Below are positions 55,100-64,000 of a DNA stretch of 64,000 bases, in pieces; the stretch's first letter is position 1, and each line of letters opens with the position of its first letter. A model generated the notes under the pieces. That model searched no databases. It was not told the origin of the DNA and saw only the letters and a list, made by a program, of their open reading frames with translations. The stretch is from Octopus sinensis (lineage: Eukaryota), in contig NC_043010.1 in assembly GCF_006345805.1 (NCBI RefSeq), positions 39,556,001 to 39,620,000 on the forward strand. The letters are read 5' to 3'. The translations under genes and the position numbers were made by a program.

Positions 55100-56100
55100 T
55101 GTCGATAATTGCGGTCATTGTGCATGGTCCTTACAAACCTTAAAGAAGCGATACGTACAGTCCGTTCTACTGATGCGTAAAAATCTTTGATGTCAAATTA
55201 GAAAAAAAAAGGCATTCATTTTTGCGTAGAATCTTCCGAAACCAATTTATTACTTCGTCTGTATTTCTCCGGAGAGGTAATATCGGGTTTGCTTTATTGC
55301 TGACCAGTATTTATTTATCATTTCTTTGTACTAATGATGCCTAAGTTCGGGTTAGAAAAATGTATAAAGCTGATGGGAATGTTGCTATTGAAATTCATTT
55401 TCGGGTCTTTCATGTTTATTTATGTCGTATAAGTCTATTCTATTAGGTACCTACCTGTTTCGATTGTGGTGTATGTATCTTTTAAATCTGCATATCTTGT
55501 TATTTTGTATGTATTGGATAAAAGGTCTGGAAAAATGTGTGAATATGCAGTTTGACTTAAACGGTAGGTATTGTTTGTCTTGTCCGGTTCTACAGACGCA
55601 TTTGATCTTGTATTTAGGTAGTCGATTTTCTGCATCAGTTCTTTATTCTATGCCTTATTGTGCTTGTCAATTTTTTCCTTGATCGTTGACATTAGATCAC
55701 TTCAAAGTGTTTTGGTTCGGCTGGCATTTAACTATTTTAATGTAGCAGTTGTTGGTGGTCTGTACATACTTTCGGTCTTTTTTTATAGTAGCTTGCTGCA
55801 TGCTCTTGCTTGCTGCGGCAGGAGTCATCACAGGCTAGTTGTTCCAGAGACGTTATCACACTAGAGCCCACCAGGTCCACCAATGTTCTTCAGCCAAGGT
55901 GACGTTGACCCTCCAGAGATCTCTTTAAACTTGTCCAGCCATATGGTCGGGCCTTGCAGGAGACCTCTTCCAGCTTGCAGCTGCTGCGCCGAATGAGAGT
56001 GAAGCTCTAGCAGAATGATACAACGGGAGACGGAGGACATGTTAGCTTTTCGGGATTTTTTCTTTGAGCTAATGCGTTTTGGTTGGTATTGTTTATTATT
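55100..56100 (-). mobile_element. Decayed Naiad-like PLE (N-terminal part of RT)
   Basis: Minus-strand PDKTNNTY, KDPKMNF, NLGIIS, RNTDEVINWFRKI and FDIKDFYASV. Confidence 0.75.
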
Positions 56101-56113
56101 TTTCAACAAGAAT

Positions 56114-56279
56114 AGGCGTAGGAGTGGCCGTGTTGTAAGTAGCTTGCTTACGAACCACATGGTCCCGGGTTCAGTCCCACTGTGTGGCAACTTAGCCAAG
56201 TGTCTTCTACTATAGTCTCAGGCCGACCAAAGCCTTGTCAGTGGATTTGGTAGACGGATATTGAAATACGCCCGTCGTA

Positions 56280-56318
<39 letters not shown>

Positions 56319-56319
56319 T

Positions 56320-56382
<63 letters not shown>

Positions 56383-56404
56383 GTATGTGTGTATATATAC
56401 ATAC

Positions 56405-56440
<36 letters not shown>

Positions 56441-56673
56441 CTGTGTGTGTGTATATGTTTGTGTGTCTGTGTTTGTCCCCCCAATATCACTTGACAAACG
56501 ATGCTGGTGTGTTTATGTTCCTGTAACTTAGCGGTTCGGAAAAGAGACCGATAGAATAAGTACTAAGCTTACAAAGAATAAGCCCTGGGGTCGATTTGCT
56601 CGACTAAAGGCAGTGTTCCAGCATGGTCACACTCAAATGACTGAAACAAGTAAAAGAGTAAAAGAGTAAAGAA
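56114..56673 (+). mobile_element. SINE family A with an expanded internal microsatellite
   Basis: Full head and body, ~190 bp internal TA/TG tract, (taaaagag)n tail. Confidence 0.92.
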
Positions 56674-57154
56674 TAGTGTTGACTGTGAAACTTTGATGTG
56701 TAAGTATGCTATTATGTAAAGGCCATCGATGGCACCAATATTTGTTGAGTCTTTTGATTCAATGCTTACAACAAATGGATCTTTAGCGTTTTTTTAATTC
56801 AAAAAGCATTCTTCTGGAAGACGAGAGGTTTCCTTCCTTGTGATATTATTTCTATTTTAGAGTCGTTTCTTGTAGTTATTGGCTTTGTGAATTTCGAAAC
56901 AGCCATAAGAATAAATTTCGTTATTGATGCATAATAATCCATGAGGTGAAACTTGAAGAAAAGGCAAGGCATTCATTTTTCTTTAGGATCTTATTAAACC
57001 AACTTATTACTCTGCATCTTTCACTCCCGACCAGTAATGTCGTGTTAGCTCATACATACACACACAAACACGCACACACACATACACAGACACACACACA
57101 TACGCACGCACGCACACACATATGTATACATGTATATACGTATGTATATTGACA

Positions 57155-57580
57155 AAATAACGAAGGCAGCTATACGCAATATAAAATCAAATAAACAAAA
57201 ATTCAATTGTGACTAAGGGTGCCGGATAACACCTATATTGCTAGAAACGAGAGTTAAAAACTCTTAGAGCTGCAAGAAAGCGCATTTTGTTATACCGACA
57301 AGGGAGATAACTGCCCCACAGTGAAGCTAGATCACTATACTAGACTAGCTCTGTTTGAAAATCATAAACTCATTATCCACTACCCCGTCGCTGGATGGTT
57401 TCGCTAAATCATGACTGTCAGTGTATATATTTACAATTATGTCTGATTCAGCAAAATGCTAATGGGAAGATTATTAAATAACGAAGGTAGCTATGCGCAA
57501 TATAAAAACAAAAAAAGGAAAATTCGATTGTCACTAATTGTGACTGAGGGTGCTGAGAGCACCTTACATATATTGCTAGC
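57155..57580 (+). repeat. Diverged ~90-105 bp direct repeat pair
   Basis: aaataacgaaggcagctatacgcaatataaaa...ttgtgactaagggtg...tattgctag at 57155, and again at 57476. Confidence 0.8.
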
Positions 57581-57759
57581 TGCAAAAGAATCCTTTGAGC
57601 CGCAAATACATACATACATATATACATACATATATTCATACATCCATACATACATACATACATGCATACATTCATACATACATACATGCATAATACATAT
57701 ATACATACATACATACAGATATGCATACATAATACATACACACATACATACATACATAC

Positions 57760-57858
<99 letters not shown>

Positions 57859-58024
57859 AATAATAAACGGGGATTTTCAGAAAGAGAAAAAAACCGGCTG
57901 CTTCGTACATTACAAGTGCAATCTATGAGTGGAATAGTAAATATATGCAAATTCTAAATGTGAATTTTCAAATTCGAAGTGTGAATTTGTGTTAGCTGCA
58001 TCCCAAAATACATGCATACATACA

Positions 58025-58056
<32 letters not shown>

Positions 58057-58554
58057 CATACATACATACATACATACATACACACATATACCCCCACGCG
58101 CACACACACATACATATGTATATACATATTTACAGATTTTCACTGCATGAACTTGCAGGTGGGGCTCAGTTAGAATTTTCTTCTGATCGAGTAGCCCATC
58201 CCGCTCAAAAGGTCCCTGAATAAAGATTGTTTAAGAATGTTGAACGATCCACCCATGTTTCCAAAGGTGAATTATCCAAACCTACAAGAATTCCTTTCAA
58301 CACACGGATATGATACTCCCCCACTACTTCTGCTCATGATCAAAGATGCACATATCGTCAGCCAATATGGGTCATTTCCAACTGGTTATGGTCAAACAAC
58401 TGACAAGCAAATCTGGTATTGAGCAGAATATTTGCTGCAGCTCATCTTTTATACCAAGACAAAACAATGTACATGATAACACTGCCAATCAGTTATGATC
58501 ACATGCCATGAGAGCCACTGTCATGTACTACATCAGGGCAATTATCATCATCAT

Positions 58555-58581
58555 TATTATTATTATTATTATTATTATTAA

Positions 58582-58640
<59 letters not shown>

Positions 58641-58765
58641 TCACTGCCTGAAATCGAACGGAGATGGAGGCTGGAGAGTATATTAGCCGAAACGTTGAGG
58701 ACAAATATCCGTCAAATGTAAATAATATAAATAATGTAAATAATTCCTCATCTCTTAAAAATAGT
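58555..58765. mobile_element. (ATT)n plus inverted tRNA-like 3' half joined to a decayed HHR/pLTR (same family as 37530)
   Basis: ttcaggtcactgcctgaaatcgaac (minus-strand B-box) abuts gatggaggctggagagtatattagccgaaacgttg (plus-strand HHR-like). Confidence 0.65.
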
Positions 58766-59547
58766 GTTTTAATTGTGATAAATAAAAGAGAATGAAGAAA
58801 ATGTAATGATTAGTCAGAAAGGCATGGGATGTCATTTTATCCCGGTGGTTGTTGATACGTAGCTGAATACAAACATCATGCCATAATTACCACTGCTAAC
58901 GTAACTGAAGCAATGAACAAACATAATTATCTCGATAACAATTCATGCATAACATCAACAAACAGGTTTCAAGAAGTATCTGAATCAATCGAAAGCAAAT
59001 TTTTTGATCCAATGAATGAAACTAATACGGAAATAAAATAATGGGAAGTCACGAATAGGATGACCTTGAAGTAAGTTCTTACCGACCAGTTCGGACTCGG
59101 GGTCAGAAACAATAAGAACGAATCGACAAAGAGATTCTTTATAAGTCTAGATACAATATGGCTCGGCTAAAAGACATATAACCTCTCATATAGATTATCA
59201 TTTAAACATAAATCTGCTCGACCGAGTTATTTTGGGTTTAAATAGGCAGAACAAGAATGAAATACAAAGAGTATTCATTACTATCATATTGGCAACATAG
59301 ACGATGATATCAGATTATTTGAAATCCAATGCCTTTCGAAACAAGTTGTCTAACACTTATAGCAAATTGGAACTGACTGGCGTGTGTTGGCTCTTCTTCC
59401 ATTACAAAGAAAATGTTCTTCATTCTACATTTGTTTTTCTATGCAAAGTGTCTCAATTCGCTAATATTTTACTTTGTCTTTTTTCTTGTAAAGCAAAAAT
59501 CAATAAAAATAAGTGCAAGAAAATAATAAATACACACACACATATAT

Positions 59548-59600
<53 letters not shown>

Positions 59601-59992
59601 GCAGTATCGTGCTAAATTAGATGCATTCAAAAAAAAAAGAAAAGAGAACATGTGTAGAGAAAAAAAGTATCATTGATAATAAATCTTGTTCGTACGGAGC
59701 ATAGGACCAAAGAAACTGTTACAATATTATGAATTTATTTCAATATGTATTATTTGTGTTTTTCATAATATTTCTTGAAATCGATACGAGTGTAATGATA
59801 TTGTAATTTAATATCTCCCTTGTCACCAGCAAAATAAAAATCTGTAAAATGAAACCTTTTAATTTTACAATTCCGATTTTCGGTATTCCCTGTACGAAAA
59901 AAATTGTGAGGAAAATAGTATTAAAATTTTACACACTCGCACACACGTGCACACATACGCATACACACACTCATATAGAAATCATGACGAAA

Positions 59993-60220
59993 TTGATGAT
60001 GATGATATCGATGATGATGATGACGATGGTGGTGATGGTGCTTATAGTGTTACATGCAGCGATGAGTTCCATAGAGACATTGTTCCTGTAGGTGATGACG
60101 ATGTTCATATTTTAACGGTGGTGATGATTGTGAGGTTGATGATGACGACGATGACAACGATGACGATGGTTACGATGACAACGATGACGATGACAACGAT
60201 GACGATGCAGATATTGATGG
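59993..60220. repeat. Degenerate (GAT/GAC)n microsatellite
   Basis: Directly visible. Confidence 0.9.
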
Positions 60221-60478
60221 TAAGGATTATTTACATAAATTTAGTTAGGGTATACGGAATATTCCTTAGGAGGAGTCTATGATATCTTGTGTATTATTTA
60301 ACATCACGTGCTAGACACATACGAGATATATTTCTAAGAAACTTTCCCGTAACTATTATGGAGATATTACTTATGCCTTTGGTGACATTGTAGCACACTG
60401 GATGATTTTATGTTTAGTAGTTATGATCTTCTGGCAAAGCATGTGGAGAAAATGATGTATGCGTCTAAAATACAGATA

Positions 60479-60694
60479 TTTCTTTACTGCCCACAAGGGG
60501 TTAAACATAGAGGGGACGAAAAAGGACAAAGGAATCACAATGACGCCAGTTGCAAAATTGGTACTTTATTTATCGACCCCGAAGGGATGAAAGGCAAAGT
60601 CGACCTCGGCGGAATTTGAACTCAGAACATAACGACAGACGAAATACCGCTAAACATTTCGCCCGGTGCGCTAACGTTTCTGTCAGCTCGCCAT
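60479..60694 (-). mobile_element. SINE family C with a perfect 17-bp TSD
   Basis: TSD cgtctaaaatacagata at 60462-60478 and 60695-60711; tRNA-like head plus ccgaggtcgactttgcctttcatcccttcggggtcgataaataaagtacc domain. Confidence 0.92.
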
Positions 60695-60786
60695 CGTCTA
60701 AAATACAGATAGTCATTTGTTGGTGTGTTTGGACAAGACGTCGAAGTTGACCTTTGTACGCTAATAGATAGAACTTGATATTTCAG

Positions 60787-61140
60787 AATATTCTCCATCA
60801 TATGTTGGATCTATTTTCTGCACATCTTTGAATGCCGGCAACATCACTGAAAAATCCCTTGGCAGAAATATTGACTGCAGCATATATGACAATCGTGTAA
60901 TACAGAGACGGCCCATTACTTATAAGCAAAGCCCTGATAATTATTACATTGGCGGATGGAGTGGATGTTGGCAATGTGTTCGTTTTCCCCATTCTATAAG
61001 CAAATTGTCTTATGAAATTTGTCTTAGCACTTCCTAACAAATTTCCCGGACTTCTCTCCTAAGCTGTAATTACTTGGATTAACGGTGAGGATGTTCCAAT
61101 CACGATCTCAAGAACGTGCTTCTTATCCTGTCCCCGGTTG
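60787..61140 (+). pseudogene. Possible decayed cadherin-like exon
   Basis: tttcag acceptor and gtgagt donor; 354 nt, phase 1-1; EYSP...KLSYE...VLLILSPV; three in-frame stops. Confidence 0.25.
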
Positions 61141-61662
61141 GTGAGTTGTGTTCCTGTGCAAAATAATTTCATGTTGTTCCAGTTTACTCAGTTTACTCAG
61201 CTATAGAAGAGAAGCTTCGCGACATACTGGTACCCCATTTAGCGAGAGTATCGTCATCTTGAACTCTATACATCATAGAAACTGGTTAAATGCCGCGTGA
61301 ATCCTAGAACTCGATACAGTACTTCTCTACGCAGTTTGAGGCAAATCCCAAAGCAGGTATACTAAAGAAGGTCCCATCCTAGAGCGGAGGTAATTCTTCC
61401 AGATTCTGAGTAGGAAAATCAGCGGTGTCTCGGTGTTTCTGGGCAATCGCAAGTCATAAATCTACGTGAAGTAGTTTGAGGTTCTGTTGAAGAACTACAG
61501 AATAATTGATTGCAGGATATTCTTGAAAGTTCTTATTCTTTGGACCTATAAATGTGATCTCAAATAGAACAAAGAAGCAATACGATCGCTAAGGTAGAAA
61601 TACATTGGACTTGGAAAATTCCTACCATGTAGCATAACTTCTACAAATCTCGAAAAATTATC

Positions 61663-61774
61663 CCCTTCGGTATGTCTATTCAATTTGTTTTATAACATAG
61701 TATAAATGCATCTAAATTTATATATGCGTATATACATATGTTATAAAACAAATTGAATACAACATACTGAAGGG
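61663..61774. other. ~110 bp hairpin (MITE-like)
   Basis: cccttcggtatgtctattcaatttgttttataacata / tatgttataaaacaaattgaatacaacatactgaaggg. Confidence 0.88.
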
Positions 61775-62611
61775 AAGGAAACACAATTTATATATTAAAT
61801 TTGTGTTGTCTTCTGGCCTTACATGAAGGGAAAAGGAGAAATTCGCCCGTTTTCATATATGGAATATCTAAATTCAAAACAACATGATCCATGTCAGAAG
61901 AGCAAAGTTTGAAAACGATAAGAGGTGTATAATAAATATTTTCATCACAATCAGTAGGGAAATAATATTTATTATCCAGAAACAAAGTGTGATTAATATC
62001 AGTTATCCAGCCATTATATTGGGACGCCCTATAAATTCCGCCATCTCGTCAATCTCACTAAAAGCAATGTTTTAAATATGCTATCTTCGACCAAACATCT
62101 TTATAAATAATATATATGTAATTTTAATTTTATTTTATCGCCATTTACTGTTTACATATTTATTCATTTATTTTGGCTGAAACATATTGGAGATTGAATT
62201 TCGCTGCAATATTTAATAACGTTTTATGTAGAAGATATATTACATATGAGGAGAAAACTAAGTAACAATAGTCGTAGATATATTATCATTAGAAGGGCAC
62301 TTAACGGCGCAAATATATAATCGTTAAAGTTTCAACTAGGGAAATGAACGCTTGCCGCCTGCGAAGACGAGGTGATGGAAGGTTAAGAAGACCTAGAGAT
62401 TCTAATAATTACAAATTGAGAAATGAATTGTTCTGTGCTCTCACCATACACACATTTAGTGGAGTATCAAATTACATACATGGATACATGCATATATATA
62501 TATATCTGTGTGTGCGGTATATGCGATTGTGTGTATATATGCATAGTTATACGTAAAGACATATTGGAATAAACATGACGTGCATATTGATGGTCATATA
62601 CATACATACAT

Positions 62612-62652
<41 letters not shown>

Positions 62653-62802
62653 CATACATACATACATACATACATTTATATATGCACAAAAAATACACAC
62701 ACAAACACACACATATACAGGGTACGTTGAATAAATTGTCGTCTAAATTACGCAAAAATGATAACTTTGACATCTCATTAAACAGACATATTTACCAAAA
62801 TT

Positions 62803-62885
62803 CGTTCTGAGTTCAAATTCCGCCGAGGTCGAATTTACCTTCCATCCTTTCGTGGTCGACACATTAATTACCAGTTGCGTACTAA
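62803..62885 (+). mobile_element. SINE family C fragment
   Basis: cgttctgagttcaaattccgccgaggtcgaatttaccttccatcctttcgtggtcgac. Confidence 0.8.
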
Positions 62886-62915
62886 ATATCGGGCATTGTG
62901 CTTAGAATAGAATAT

Positions 62916-63007
<92 letters not shown>

Positions 63008-63019
63008 CACAGACATCTA

Positions 63020-63918
63020 TATGTGTATATTTGTGTGTGTGTCAGTGTTTGTCCGCCCTCCATCGCTTGGTAACCGATTGTGGTGTGTTCACGCCCCCGT
63101 AGCTTAGCGGTTTAGCAGAAGAGACCAATAGAATAAGTACTAAGCTTACAAAGAGCAAGTTCTGGAGTTGATTTGCTCGACTAAGGGCGGTGATCCGGCA
63201 TTGCGGCAGCCAAATGACTGAAACAATTATAAGAATAAAAGAATAAATGAAGAGATATATCGTTTTAGTCTTTATTCTTTTACTTGTTTCAGTCGTTTGA
63301 TTGTGGCCCTGCTGGAGCACCGGATGGAAGGGTTTTGGGTCGGACAAGTCGACCCCCAAGACTTATTTTTGAAGCCTAGTACTTATTCTATTGCCGAATT
63401 GCTATTATGCCGAACTGCTAAGTTATGGCGACGTAAAGACAACAACACCGGTTGTGGGGGACAACCAGAGACGGAAATATACAGACATATAAACATTTAC
63501 ATACACATAGATGGTGTGTATTGTGTACAGCAGTCCTTTTTCAGGAGTGGCTGGGTGGTAAGTTGCTTGCATACGAACCACATGGTTCTGGGTTCAGTCC
63601 CACTATGTGGCACCTTGGAAAGGTGTCTTCTACTATAGCCTCGGACCGTGCAAGGCCTTGTAAATGTATTTGGTAGACGAAAACTGAAAAGAAGCCCGTC
63701 GTATATATAATCTTTTACTTTTTTACTTGTTTCAGTCATTTGACTGCGGCCATGCTGGAGCACTGCCTTTAATCGAGCAACTCGACCCCGGGACTTATTC
63801 TTTTGTAAGCCCAGTACTTATTCTATCGGTCTCTTTTGCCGAACCGCTAAGTAACGGAGACATAAACACACCAGCATCGGTTGTCAAGCAATGCTAGGGG
63901 GACAAACACAACACGCAA

Positions 63919-63971
<53 letters not shown>

Positions 63972-64000
63972 TATGACGGGCTTCTTTTCAGTTTCCGTCT
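63020..64000. mobile_element. Cluster of four SINE-A pieces in alternating orientation
   Basis: + body 63020-63245, - body 63270-63500, + head 63542-63705, - body 63712-64000. Confidence 0.88.

Noticed and set aside
59947-60282. Asp/Thr/Met-rich ORFs
   Set aside because: Derived from a degenerate (GAT)n microsatellite

Overview
Eukaryotic, AT-rich, repeat-saturated window with no intact host gene. The SINE families and the dense (TA)n/(TATG)n/(TG)n microsatellites suggest an octopus (coleoid cephalopod) genome; this is an inference. The window holds at least 4 tRNA-derived SINE families (more than 20 copies or fragments), 5 mariner transposons (3 with both TIRs), a non-autonomous Helitron, RTE, CR1-group and R4/Dong LINE fragments, and 4 Penelope-like element (PLE) remnants. 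Highlights: (1) a ~5.8 kb PLE with a GIY-YIG ORF between ~1.7 kb inverted arms built largely of microsatellite, each ending in an intact minimal hammerhead ribozyme (HHR); (2) a second PLE family whose 3' end combines a tRNA-like Pol III head, (TAA)n and an HHR; (3) a short repeat family with a non-canonical CUGUNGA hammerhead core. There are also several unexplained hairpins and possible decayed host-gene exons (a multi-pass membrane ORF and cadherin-like pieces). Almost all ORFs in the supplied track are microsatellite translation artefacts. Boundaries are read by eye and approximate unless a TIR or TSD is quoted.
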